Positions 11,897 through 22,380 are shown, counted from the stretch's first letter. The stretch is DNA of 38,546 bases from Trichomonas gallinae (GCA_008369845.1 MRSU01002557.1:1-38546); one strand, 5' to 3'. The notes: generated by a model not told the origin, from the letters alone. Numbers and translations: made by a program.

Positions 11897-13261
11897 TTAC
11901 ATTTCTGGGAGTTCTTCCTTGGCAGGAACGTTTGGATTTGGTTCGTGTTTGATTGCTTCGATATAAGCTTCATCTTCTTGTTGCTGGGCTTCAGCTTGTT
12001 CTCTTTCTTCCTGTTCATCATCAAGAGACTTGATTCTCATGAACAAACGCTTGCATAATGAAGTTGTATCTGGTTGAACTCTAATTGGACGAGAAAGAGA
12101 AGCATGAGGTGGTAATTCAGTCATTTGCACTGATGGAGCTGCAGCTAAGTGACGAACATTTTCCATAACGTGAACATAAATATTATGGAGGAAATCTTCT
12201 GAGTTTTGATTCTTCTTCTTTTTATCTGGCTGAAGATGTAACTTGTAAGAAGGCTGGAAATACTCCAAATAGTCGTTTTCTGGCAATTCATCTGGAATCT
12301 CTTGTCCAACTATAAGAGACGTCTCGTATGCCCAGCAGCGAGCAACACTTTGCTTGACATAGCCTCCTCCACCTGCAACAAGTAGAGGAATGCCGAATGA
12401 CTTGACAAATTCAACGCATTCGCCATGTCCGTACGTAGAAAGGTTGAAGAAGCCGAGGAGGTCACCAACTAACGAGTCAGCGCCGCATTGTAAGAAAATC
12501 GCTCCTGGTTGATAAAAATGAATCAAATTTCGAATGATTGGCTTGAATAACGAGTGGTAAGCTTCATCTGTCATGCCATCGCGAAGAGGTACATTGACAG
12601 AATAATATTTTCCTCTGTTAATTCCAATATCTGAAACGTGACCAGTTTCAGGGAAGAAAGTAGTAGCGTATTTATGGAAGGAAACAGTCAAAACACGATC
12701 TGTATTGTAAAAAGCTTCTTCGACGCCATCACCGTGGTGAATATCAATATCGATATACATAACTCTTGGGTGATACTTGAGTAATTCCATGATTCCGAGT
12801 ACGCAATCGGCAATATAGCAGAAGCCACTCGCTTGGTCTCTACGAGCGTGGTGGAGACCGCCTGCCCAGTTAATTGCGACATCGCAAAGGTTATAGTTCA
12901 AGCGCTGAGCAGCACTGATACTACCACCGGCCGATATCTGGCAGAATTCGAACATATTGTCGAAAACTGGGCAATCATAGCCAATGTTGTACTGTTTAGA
13001 TTCTGCTGATGCGACATTGTTGATAGATGGATCCGCTGTTTGTAAGAATTTGATGTATCCCGGTGTATGGAAGCGCATCATTTCTTCAGGAGCCGCTCTG
13101 CGTGGATGAAAGACTTCCAAATGCTGATGAAGTCCATAGCCAAGAACGAGGCTGTGTGTCATCCTCACGCGTATAGGTTTCATTGGGTGGTTGTGTGCGT
13201 AGTAATAATTGCCAATATCTTCGTCGTAAAAGTAAGCAATGCGGTGTTTTGATAAACTCAT
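11897..13261 (-). CDS. Class I histone deacetylase (Rpd3/HDAC1-like)
   Basis: HPMKP, DCPVF, NWAGGLHHA, SGFCY, YIDIDIHHGDGVEEAFY, QCGADSL, GGGGY all intact. Confidence 0.97.
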   Translation of the reverse strand: MSLSKHRIAYFYDEDIGNYYYAHNHPMKPIRVRMTHSLVLGYGLHQHLEVFHPRRAAPEEMMRFHTPGYIKFLQTADPSINNVASAESKQYNIGYDCPVFDNMFEFCQISAGGSISAAQRLNYNLCDVAINWAGGLHHARRDQASGFCYIADCVLGIMELLKYHPRVMYIDIDIHHGDGVEEAFYNTDRVLTVSFHKYATTFFPETGHVSDIGINRGKYYSVNVPLRDGMTDEAYHSLFKPIIRNLIHFYQPGAIFLQCGADSLVGDLLGFFNLSTYGHGECVEFVKSFGIPLLVAGGGGYVKQSVARCWAYETSLIVGQEIPDELPENDYLEYFQPSYKLHLQPDKKKKNQNSEDFLHNIYVHVMENVRHLAAAPSVQMTELPPHASLSRPIRVQPDTTSLCKRLFMRIKSLDDEQEEREQAEAQQQEDEAYIEAIKHEPNPNVPAKEELPEM

Positions 13262-13344
13262 TTAAAACTTTTGATGAAATTTTGTATTTTCAAAGATTTA
13301 CAATAACAAAAATTTTAGCCGCCAATATTGAATTATTTTTGTTA

Positions 13345-13690
13345 TTCTGCAATAATTCATGATACTGCAATAGAAAATAAACAAAAAAAAATATCTGTCG
13401 CGTAAAATAATTTACAAAACAAAAGTGATGTCATAATTTTCTTATTTTCATTCTCTTTTATGGATTTATTTATGCTGTAATTCGTAATAATGCAATGGAA
13501 AATGATTTTAAAAATATTTGTCGTGTAAAATATTTTACATAACAAATATGATCTCATATTTTTTGCCTTCTATTCTGAGGATTGGTTTATTCAGTAGTTT
13601 GTAATAATGAATTCGAAAATAACCAAAAATTGTATTTGTCATGTAAAATAATTTACAAAATAAAAATGATGTTAAATTTTCACGCTCTTC
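13345..13690. repeat. ~120-bp degenerate tandem repeat, about 3 copies, each carrying TGTCRYGTAAAA
   Basis: Motif at 13396, 13519, 13637, each followed by ATAATTTACA-like sequence; TAATAATG..AAAAT segments also repeat. Confidence 0.8.
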
Positions 13691-13890
13691 ATGGGATAAG
13701 TTTATGCAGAAGATAACTCTTGATTTCACTGTAAATCATCATATCAGATCTGTTAATACTGTATTTTAGGATTCTTGAATATAAACTTATGGAGAAAAAT
13801 ATGTCATGTAAATATTTTAATCGGGATTTTTGTCGTGTAAAATTCATTTACCAAAAAAAAAAGTCATTTATTTGACATTTTAAATATAGA

Positions 13891-14352
13891 ATGAATATAG
13901 GTCAATCATTTGGTGATTCAAAAACTGCAAATGATTGTCCTCTTTTAGATTTGAAGCAATACATTGTTATACTTGGACATTATCAGAAAAAAGATCAAAT
14001 TTACTACAAATATCGAGATTTAAATAACGTCGAGAAAATCGAATGTGACACAAAATACTTGCCTGATGAATGTATTCTTCGATACTGGAACGAAATTCTA
14101 GATATGAATGGTTTACCTTCTCTTTCTAAAGTAAAATCACCAGCAAGACCAGATTTTAGTCAGCAAAATGTTCAAGAAGAGCCAGTAAATCTTGATTACC
14201 AACTTAGTAGTGCACTTCCACTTGGTCATAAATTCCAATTTACAAAACTCTCAGATAACACAAAAATCCAAGTATCAGAGCAAGCTATGAACCAAAGTCA
14301 TAAAAATGCATTAATAGAACTTTTGAAAGAAGTTCTCAAAAAGAATATTTAA
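13891..14352 (+). CDS. Small hypothetical protein, possible divergent chromo plus chromo-shadow (HP1-like)
   Basis: ATG start, Inr TCATTT at 13864, TAAA at stop; ILGHYQKKDQIYYKY..CILRYWNE and C-terminal IQVSEQAMNQSHKNALIELLKEVL. Confidence 0.6.
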   Translation: MNIGQSFGDSKTANDCPLLDLKQYIVILGHYQKKDQIYYKYRDLNNVEKIECDTKYLPDECILRYWNEILDMNGLPSLSKVKSPARPDFSQQNVQEEPVNLDYQLSSALPLGHKFQFTKLSDNTKIQVSEQAMNQSHKNALIELLKEVLKKNI

Positions 14353-14455
14353 AAAATTTTGTTTGTTGATGTCTCATATATCTCCTATTTATGTATATTC
14401 ACCATGTATATATTTAACATAATATAACAGATTTTAATATATATTACAAACAATA

Positions 14456-17086
14456 TTATAATTTTGAACAAATTTCAAATAAATTTCTTGCATTTATCGA
14501 TATTTCTCTATTCTTGCTGTTAATTGCAAGGATGAGAAAAGAAAATATTGGTATTCTCGTTAATAATCTTTGTGATCTTGGCCCAAGAACATCATGCGTG
14601 CTTTGTACGAGCATACAAAAGCTATTAAGAGAATATTCATCATAATCTATGAAATTCTTGAAGTATTTCAGCAGATCAAACAAAACCTTTGCAACAATTA
14701 AAATATTTTCATATCCAATTTTGTTCAAAATTCTTAAAACAATTGATGTTATTGTGCAATAAGCTGTGAACACTTCATTCCTGAACTCAAATTCCTGCTG
14801 ATTCTGCAGAAAATTGATACTACACAATTCGTTAGTTTTCGATACTAATACTTGCAGCATTTCTATTGTAACTTTCGACGAAATCGCTTCCATTACCTGT
14901 GCAATTGCTTTAAGACTCATTGGCGCGATCATGACCATCTCTGAGTCGCTGATAATGTTTATCAAGTTCATTGTAGTTTTATAAGCGTCGTCGACAATTT
15001 CACCGATGGAAGAAGAAACCAAAGCTTTCAACAAAACAATTGCTTGCTGGATAAGTTCTGGACTGTTTGAAGATAATGAAGTAGAAAGTATTCCATTCAA
15101 ACTAGGAAGAACTAATTCGCTTTCTGGCCCCAAAACAACAACAATTGATGTAACGACTGTCATAGAATCCTTGTATAATTGATGCGATGGATCTTTTATA
15201 TTTTGCAAAATGAAATTTAACACGTCATTTGAAAACTGCTTCATTTGTGATGGAAAAGAAGTAAAACACTGCGCAATTAGATGCATAAGGCACTCATTGA
15301 TGGTAAAATAAGGAACTGGGCCTTCATATGTCAGTTCATTAATCGTTGAATGGATTTGTTCGAAAGCTGACGAAAACAAACCTACAACTGTTTCTGACAT
15401 TTCATTTGGTAATTTTTGGACAATATCTTCAAAGATTCCGTACGATTTGCGTGCTATATCATAGTCAGAAGAGTCTTCTCTAGAAACAATGTGAGAAACA
15501 TAGCCAATTATTGGTGGGACGATTGCTGGCAAAATTTGTTCTATTTGAGAATTTAAAATTTTCGATATGATAACGGACAAACATTCAACTGTTTGAACAA
15601 CAACAGAAGACTTTGCGTCTGGATTTCCAACTAATATTTCTATTGTTCTATTTATTGTTTCCGGGCTGCAAAACATGTTAATCTGCATGGAAACAATTTT
15701 GATGATTGAAATAGCAATTTGTACAATCTGTGGAACTCCTAGATTTATATAATCCAAAATAACATTCATGTTACTTTCTATTGCTTCTACTTCTTGAGGA
15801 CTCTGAACATTGCTGAAAGAAAACAGGAATAAAAGAACAGAATAGTAGAAATTAGGATTTCTTCTGTTAGAAAGAATGAAATTTTTTGTGAGTGAATAAA
15901 TATAATCTGAAAAACACCACATGACTTTTCCTAGTAAAACTGATGCGTGGGCAAAAATATTCCATTTTTCTTCTTCATCATCATTTTCTTCAGTATCATA
16001 AAGTACAGCACTCTGCATTATTTCTATTAGCTTCGGTATGATTTTCTTGCAATATTTTTCAGTCAAAAATTCTGATTTTTCTATTTCTACTTCTTTTATT
16101 TCCCTCGTGAAATGAAGTTCAGCACAAATTTTGTCTCTTGTCTCGCAAAAATAATCAATTATATTTCTTTTAAGATGCCTACTTAGTTCATAGTCAGCAA
16201 TATCCTTCCAGAAATCAATAGAAATGCAAGCGAATTCAATTCTTTGTGAATTTATTCCTATCTCAACTAATTCTGTAATTCTCGGAATTTCATTCCATCT
16301 TAAATCAATAAAAACTATTACATACTGCTGCATGAAGTCGTGTATATCCTGATAAAGATCAACGGAATTGACTAAAGGAAGCAAATTGGCAATCATTTCA
16401 ACAATAATTTCTTGCGACTGTTGATTGTTTAATTCGGTTTTGACAAACTCGATTACAATTGTTAAAAAATGGATAATAGATCTAATCATTGATACTTCAT
16501 AGTTAGTTGGGTTGCTGGCGAAGTTAATGGCTATCTGAAGAATGTTACAAATGTGAGGCTTAATGTGTTCATTAATAATTTTTTTACCTAGATTTTTTAT
16601 GAAATCATCTTGAAGAATTTCGATGAGGCAAACGAAAATTGATTCCTTTGATGTATTCGATGGCTCATCTGCTTCTAATATCTGGTTAAAAATTACAAAA
16701 ATATTAAAATGTTCTCCATCAATTTTAAAAATTATTTCTGCGCAAGAGCCTGCGAGATTTCCTGTTGATATATCTGGCATTAGGAAGCCTCTAATTATAG
16801 CATTTTTAATATTTTCTTTAATTTCTTCTGATAATTTTTCAAACCAAAATTGCCTTTGCTGTTCTATAACTGAAAATGTATTTAATGTATTTTTTATTGC
16901 AATTAATGCAAGTTTATATAGTTTTAATTCGTAGTCATCTGCATTTAATATATTTGAAGATAAAACAAGCATAATTTCAGGTGTAATTGTCGAAAGTTCT
17001 ATTAATTTTGCTTCAGCTGCATGCATAACATCAGAATCTTCAGACAAAGAATCCAAAAGTATTTGCGCTAAATCAGATTCATTCAT
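14456..17086 (-). CDS. Importin-beta/karyopherin-beta-like HEAT-repeat protein
   Basis: IBN_N-like start (ILLDSLSEDSDVMHAAEAKL..LALIAIKNTL), SIDFWKDIADYE, acidic loop ENDDEEEKWN. Start could be ATG 17113 or 17086. Confidence 0.85.
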   Translation of the reverse strand: MNESDLAQILLDSLSEDSDVMHAAEAKLIELSTITPEIMLVLSSNILNADDYELKLYKLALIAIKNTLNTFSVIEQQRQFWFEKLSEEIKENIKNAIIRGFLMPDISTGNLAGSCAEIIFKIDGEHFNIFVIFNQILEADEPSNTSKESIFVCLIEILQDDFIKNLGKKIINEHIKPHICNILQIAINFASNPTNYEVSMIRSIIHFLTIVIEFVKTELNNQQSQEIIVEMIANLLPLVNSVDLYQDIHDFMQQYVIVFIDLRWNEIPRITELVEIGINSQRIEFACISIDFWKDIADYELSRHLKRNIIDYFCETRDKICAELHFTREIKEVEIEKSEFLTEKYCKKIIPKLIEIMQSAVLYDTEENDDEEEKWNIFAHASVLLGKVMWCFSDYIYSLTKNFILSNRRNPNFYYSVLLFLFSFSNVQSPQEVEAIESNMNVILDYINLGVPQIVQIAISIIKIVSMQINMFCSPETINRTIEILVGNPDAKSSVVVQTVECLSVIISKILNSQIEQILPAIVPPIIGYVSHIVSREDSSDYDIARKSYGIFEDIVQKLPNEMSETVVGLFSSAFEQIHSTINELTYEGPVPYFTINECLMHLIAQCFTSFPSQMKQFSNDVLNFILQNIKDPSHQLYKDSMTVVTSIVVVLGPESELVLPSLNGILSTSLSSNSPELIQQAIVLLKALVSSSIGEIVDDAYKTTMNLINIISDSEMVMIAPMSLKAIAQVMEAISSKVTIEMLQVLVSKTNELCSINFLQNQQEFEFRNEVFTAYCTITSIVLRILNKIGYENILIVAKVLFDLLKYFKNFIDYDEYSLNSFCMLVQSTHDVLGPRSQRLLTRIPIFSFLILAINSKNREISINARNLFEICSKL

Positions 17087-17349
17087 ACAAAAAAATATTT
17101 TGACATTTGACATTTTACAGTCAGATTTTTACAAATTAACAATATTCGAGAAATTACTGTAGATATATGCTTTACTATACAACAACAAACTATATACGAA
17201 TGAAAGAGAACTTTTATAATATTTGAATTCAAGTGGTTATATCCAAACTCTCTGGATTTCCAAAAAATCATTTTACTTCCAAAATCGACTGTTTTTCAAA
17301 AAATGCTTATGAATTCATATCCATGGTTATTCTGACTCTATTGTAAATC

Positions 17350-17557
17350 AGTTAATATTGTTTCATCATCTTTGTCCTTAGCACATTAACTATCTTCAAT
17401 TGATCTTATATTACGTTCATTTTTATTCGAATTTTGCAGCATCATTTAAGGCAGTTTAATCATTTTTGTTTTTCAAGTCAATGCCATCTTCAATCAATAT
17501 CATAAGAATTTTAACAATACAAAGTGCTGCAGCTATAAGAAATGCAGTTTGATCAAA
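17350..17557 (-). pseudogene. Decayed ankyrin-repeat fragment
   Basis: Minus strand translates FDQTAFLIAAALCIVKILMILIEDGIDLKNKND*TALNDAAKFE*, and further on AKDKDDETIL. Confidence 0.65.
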
Positions 17558-17640
17558 ATAGACTATAATCACTTCTAGAATAATCAATTTATTTTTGAAG
17601 TAAAAAAAATTGAAGCAAATAAATAAAAAATTCTATTTCT

Positions 17641-19443
17641 TTATGACCATAATCTAATTGAGTGATCGGCGCCGCATGAGATGAGCCATGGCTGGTTCGG
17701 GTGCCAAATAACGTCTAAAACACCGAGGATACCATTCTGCTTGTGGCCGTTGAGCTCCTTGACAGGAACAATCTGAGGAAGAGTGAGCAAGTCGTTGAAA
17801 ACTTTGCCGTGGAAGACATCGATCTTGCAGTCATCGCAAGCAACAGCGAAGAGAGGGAACTTCTTGTGGTAAGCGACATCTCTAATAGCAGCAGCGTGTC
17901 CTCTCAACACCTTGTATGGGTCAGTCTTCAATTCGGTATCGAACCAGAAAGACCTGCCATCATATGAACCAGCAATGACGTGGTCGCCTCTTGGATGAAC
18001 ATCGATCGAAGAGATCCACTGGACGAGCGGTCTGAGTCTGAGGAGCTTCTTCTTCTCCTTGAGATCGAACACGAGGATGTTGTGCTGTGTCGCGCAGAAG
18101 AAGTGGTGCTTTGTTGGGTGGAAGGCGACTCTCTGGATGAAAGCATTAGAGGCAGTGATTGGCGTCTTGAACTGCCAGTCTCTTGCTACGTTGAAGATGT
18201 AGACGAGTCTGGCCTGTGCCAAGACAGCGAGGAACTTGCCACTGCGGTCGAAAGTGACCTGTCTCATCTCTGTGACGCGAGCGAATGAAAGAGAAACGAT
18301 CTTGTTGTCGATGACTTTGAAGATTGGTGTTTCTTTCGGTCTGTCGTCTTCATCGAGGCCCTGGCCTGTCTCTTCGTCCGGGAACTCGACGTCCGACTCC
18401 CTCCTTCTGACGAGGAAGACGTATTTGTTGCATGTAGCGACGACGAATGGTGTTTCTGTGTTCGGGCAGTAAATTACTGATGTGACAGCCTTGTTTTCGC
18501 CGCCAGCGATCTTGCCGAGATCTATGACCTTCAAGCAGCGGCCTGTCATCGTCTCCCAGAAGCGAAGCTCGCCATCTGATGAACCAGACACAAGAATTGA
18601 GCCGTCTGGTGAAAGATCTGCGCAGCGGACACGTCCTGTGTGGCCGACGAAGCGGATGGCTTCTGCTGTTGGGAATGGTTTGAGTTCTTCGACGTCTGGA
18701 ATTTCAGGAAGTAATTCTGCTGATGTTTCTGGGCGTTTTGGAATTGACTCACGCGGTGCGAGATAGAGGTCACAGCAGCGCTCGTACCTCTCTAGGACTG
18801 CCTTGTCGTAGCCTTCTACATCGAGGAGACGATGTGGATTCTCATCATCCGGTGGGTGATATGAGTCATCCGTTGACGGCAAAGCCATCTTTGGTGGCGG
18901 AAGGCCACGCCTCTTCTGTGGTTTGCAGATAAAGTCGTCAGACCAGATATCAACAGCTTCTTTCTCTGGTTCTTCTTCCTTTTCCTTAGCTTCTTCTTCA
19001 CGCATCTTTGCCATGATCTGTGTAATCTTGTAGAGAGATGATCTCGAAGGTGTGAAATGCTTCTTTGAGAGCATCTTGTTTGTAACTGGGTGAATCTTGT
19101 CTTTCCACTCAGTTTCACGGAATGGCTGGTAGTAGTTGTAACCTCTGATGCCAACTTCGCCGCTGCGGAGTCTTGCAACGAGATCTAAATCTTCTGCTGT
19201 GATTGTCTTGTATGTGCCTTCTCTCTTGTCGTAATATCTTCTCCACCAGTTTGGATCAGATGATTTGCGGATGACTTCGTCGAGTAAATCTTGTCTTTCT
19301 TTCGGAATCAATTTTGAGCCATCGGCCGTGTAGCCAATGTGATCAAACTCGTCGTACCACTCGAGTGGGATGTCGCCGACGATGTTGATGGAGGCCTCAT
19401 CTTCCGAGTCACTGTGAATTGGCTCCTCAGGAGGAAGGGACAT
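17641..19443 (-). CDS. BOP1: Ribosome biogenesis WD40 protein BOP1/Erb1
   Basis: VGDIPLEWYDEFDHIGY, ERYERCCDLYLAPR, LPEIPDVEELKPFP, WD40 repeats ending WHPNQPWLISCGADHSIRLW. Confidence 0.95.
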   Translation of the reverse strand: MSLPPEEPIHSDSEDEASINIVGDIPLEWYDEFDHIGYTADGSKLIPKERQDLLDEVIRKSSDPNWWRRYYDKREGTYKTITAEDLDLVARLRSGEVGIRGYNYYQPFRETEWKDKIHPVTNKMLSKKHFTPSRSSLYKITQIMAKMREEEAKEKEEEPEKEAVDIWSDDFICKPQKRRGLPPPKMALPSTDDSYHPPDDENPHRLLDVEGYDKAVLERYERCCDLYLAPRESIPKRPETSAELLPEIPDVEELKPFPTAEAIRFVGHTGRVRCADLSPDGSILVSGSSDGELRFWETMTGRCLKVIDLGKIAGGENKAVTSVIYCPNTETPFVVATCNKYVFLVRRRESDVEFPDEETGQGLDEDDRPKETPIFKVIDNKIVSLSFARVTEMRQVTFDRSGKFLAVLAQARLVYIFNVARDWQFKTPITASNAFIQRVAFHPTKHHFFCATQHNILVFDLKEKKKLLRLRPLVQWISSIDVHPRGDHVIAGSYDGRSFWFDTELKTDPYKVLRGHAAAIRDVAYHKKFPLFAVACDDCKIDVFHGKVFNDLLTLPQIVPVKELNGHKQNGILGVLDVIWHPNQPWLISCGADHSIRLWS

Positions 19444-19517
19444 CTTTTGATTTGGAAATAATCGTCACTAAAATCTTTGTGTCTCACTTTTTTCTTTGCT
19501 ATTTATGTATTATATTT

Positions 19518-19740
19518 GTTGTATATATTGTAATTTTATTGTTTTTGTTCGAAAATAATCTATTATCAAATTTTGTCATGTAAAATTATTTCAATAATCA
19601 ATTGCTTTCTAGACTTAATGCATTCTTTTAGTTGTATATATTGTATTTTTCTTATTTTTGTTCGAAAATAACTAGTATAAAAGTACTTTTCATGCATTTT
19701 GATATTTTGTCATGTAAAATTATTATATGACAAAATATTT
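19518..19740. repeat. Direct duplication upstream of BOP1, each copy ending in TTTTGTCATGTAAAATTATT
   Basis: GTTGTATATATTGTA..TTTTTGTTCGAAAATAA occurs twice; motif at 19574 and 19708. Confidence 0.75.
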
Positions 19741-20235
19741 CATGATTCATCAAAATGATAACAAAATCATAGGATGAGAAGTAAGGAAAGATGTGTTTGA
19801 TTGGATCTTAATATGAGGCTGTATTTTTTAAAGATTTGCACGATTTTGGAGAGTTATTGACGAGATTTATGGGTAGAAAATGAATGTTTAAGATTAATCT
19901 TTCAAATATACATGTACATTCTTCTTGTCAGTTCATTAATGTAATTTATGCAAGAGTATAAAGTCTTATATTTGAAAAATTTTCGAATAATAAGATTATT
20001 GCAATGAATTCCTTGTATATGCATGCATTATAGTCAAGTTATTTGAGAGCTACGCTTATTGTTCCGAAATGAAGATTCATTATCTGAAATTTAGCAAAAT
20101 AAGGCTTTCTTGTGTAATCCTTTAAACAATCATTAATAAACATCATAACAGTTTGTGTTTGTGTTTTTGTTCGAATAATTTAAGAGAACAAAAGGAAATA
20201 ATTTCAATTAATAAAAAATAATATGAACAAATAGT

Positions 20236-20931
20236 TTATTCCGGATATGGGATTCCTTTCTTTTTGAGAGCATCGGTCATATAGTGTTTGAGCGCGCTCA
20301 TTGCCTGGTTGTTGAGTTTTGATATCTCTATGTGTATTTCTGCATTTCCAGAGTCCAATTCTGGCTGTATTTCGTTTATAATCCTAATCATCTCCCTCTG
20401 GTCATCTTCTGAATTTAGTTTCTCTGTTGCTTGAATAAAACACTGGATTTCGTGTTCTGACATTACAGGCGTATTTTGCTTGAGAGATCTGCCAGCATTG
20501 AGTGAAGACGAGAACTGTCTCACTTTTGGGGGCTGGTTCGCCATAATATTTGTGATTTTTGATCTGAGTGCGAAAACGGCATCACACCAGTTACGAATTG
20601 GCAGCAAATCTGCATCTCTCATCTCCTTTTGGAAGATTTGAGTGCAGTATTGAGCCAAAAAAGCAACGTGGCTATTTTCGCCATTATAAATCGCAGCGTT
20701 CTTTGCAATTTGATTTACATCTTCGATCAACAGCGCTGCACTTTTATACTGATTATTATTTAAGCGTAATTTTATTGTTCCAAAGTCTTGTGGATTCGTT
20801 ATTATTTTATAATAGTTATTATCTTCTGTATCTTTGCCACTTTCTACCGGATTTCGAAAGAGTGCTGCAGCTGGATGTTCCATTGTCTTGGAAATAACAA
20901 CTGCTGCCCTCGCTTGCCAATCTGTTGTCAA
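20236..20931 (-). CDS. Bromodomain plus ET-domain (BET/GTE-like) protein; start codon uncertain
   Basis: HPAAALFRNPV, YYKIITNPQDFGTIK, AAIYNGENS; C-terminal ET-like MIRIINEIQPEL..IHIEISKL. TTG at 20931; first ATG at 20883. Confidence 0.9.
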   Translation of the reverse strand: MTTDWQARAAVVISKTMEHPAAALFRNPVESGKDTEDNNYYKIITNPQDFGTIKLRLNNNQYKSAALLIEDVNQIAKNAAIYNGENSHVAFLAQYCTQIFQKEMRDADLLPIRNWCDAVFALRSKITNIMANQPPKVRQFSSSLNAGRSLKQNTPVMSEHEIQCFIQATEKLNSEDDQREMIRIINEIQPELDSGNAEIHIEISKLNNQAMSALKHYMTDALKKKGIPYPE

Positions 20932-20949
20932 TTTAAGAAAGTTAACAAA

Positions 20950-21085
20950 TTTTGTCAGTTTTTACAAAAGTGACATGATATTTATTTGTCAGTTTTATGA
21001 AAAGTGACTTATTTGTCAGATTTATTAAAAATGATAAGTTTATATGTCAAATACATTTAAAATGATGAGTTTATGTGTCAGTTGG
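20950..21085. repeat. Degenerate ~31-bp array of TGTCA-containing units in a divergent promoter
   Basis: TGTCA at 20953, 20987, 21014, 21045, 21076; AAAAGTGAC twice (GTCACTTTT, an Inr, on the minus strand). Confidence 0.7.
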
Positions 21086-21279
21086 CAAAAGTCGAGACTG
21101 AAACGAAATGTTGCATATTCATCTCATATAATGGGCTTATATCAGTACTTACCAGTATTAGGTACTATCTAGTATTATCTCTCAGAATGAAGTTGAATTT
21201 GATTTGTGAAATTTACAAAAATGAAATAACCTTATATTTGACACTTTTCAAGAACTATAAAACAGGGGGTGAATCCGAC

Positions 21280-21295
21280 TCATTTTTTTCATTTC
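21280..21295 (+). promoter_or_regulatory. Tandem Inr elements TCATTTTTT / TCATTTC
   Basis: Immediately upstream of ATG 21296. Confidence 0.65.
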
Positions 21296-21985
21296 ATGAA
21301 ATTTATCAGTGTTGAATCTGCTTCTCTTGAAGGAAGAACATTGATTTTGCCATCATGCGGGTCATCAGCCGTCGACCAGTTGACTGTTGATCTTATTTGC
21401 TATAAATTCGGCAAATTAGTCGGAAGATTTATTTCAAACAACATTGATATGGTTGTTTCGCCAGATCCATATAAGAAGGAAGGTGGACAGCTTGCTACAG
21501 CTATTGATGTTTATGTAGGAGAATCTCCACATCTCGGACCAATCGCAATGTTGCGTATTGCTTCAGCAATTCCAAAGCCAAAGCGCAAAATATTAGAGTT
21601 CGCAAAAGAATTAATCCAATTTTCGCAAGAAAATAAAATCAAAGATATTTTACTTGTTCGCTCAGTTTCATCAGTCTTCTGCTTAGAGCAGCAAATTCGT
21701 GACTGGCCAATTGCCCTTAGAATAGAAGGTGAATTAGCCTCTAAAATCCAGTTTACGCATATGGAAGATTATTCTCAAATCCAGCAAGTAATGAGAGATG
21801 CAGTCTTCGGCGACCTTTACAACTGCTTGAAGTTTATCGCGAAAGAATCAGGAATTTCGATTTCTACAACATTTTTCTTCGTTCATGAAGGAAGAGGCTT
21901 CAATGAAGCTGTCTTCTACGCTAAGCAGTTAACAAAGGAAGAAAAGATAGAAATTCCATATTCCTGGGAATTATTAATGGAATAA
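21296..21985 (+). CDS. Proteasome assembly chaperone 2 (PAC2/PSMG2)-like
   Basis: LEGRTLILPS..VDQLTVDLI..VVSPDPY, FFVHEG, C-terminal IPYSWELL fit the PAC2 family pattern. Confidence 0.75.
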   Translation: MKFISVESASLEGRTLILPSCGSSAVDQLTVDLICYKFGKLVGRFISNNIDMVVSPDPYKKEGGQLATAIDVYVGESPHLGPIAMLRIASAIPKPKRKILEFAKELIQFSQENKIKDILLVRSVSSVFCLEQQIRDWPIALRIEGELASKIQFTHMEDYSQIQQVMRDAVFGDLYNCLKFIAKESGISISTTFFFVHEGRGFNEAVFYAKQLTKEEKIEIPYSWELLME

Positions 21986-22380
21986 TTTCTAATTTTATTC
22001 TTTGATCATAGATCTAACCATGTTTTTGCTAAGCACCATACTTAACTCTCTAAAATACGTATCTGTACTGATTTCATTTCTTTTATTATCTTTTTATTTA
22101 ACATTAGCATTCAATAACAACTTTGCTTGAGACTGAAATAATCTTGAAAGGATTCTTAAGATTAATCTTTAAACATTTTGATATCTCGAAAATATCGAAA
22201 AATATTCAACGGTAAAAAGGAATTTTAGCTGATGAAAATGGTTTTATTGTTGCAACTTAATGGATTCATATAATAGAAAAAGATCAGAAACAAAAAATAA
22301 TTTTTTGTCAAAAAAATATTTTCGTGGCAAAATAAACTTTACGTGTCAAAAATGAAAAATAACAAAAGTCAAAGATTTTA

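Noticed and set aside
13357..13729. Two short minus-strand ORFs with repeated CKLFY peptide
   Set aside because: Translation by-product of the ~120-bp DNA repeat.
17743..19178. Overlapping ORFs inside BOP1
   Set aside because: Codon-bias shadow ORFs.
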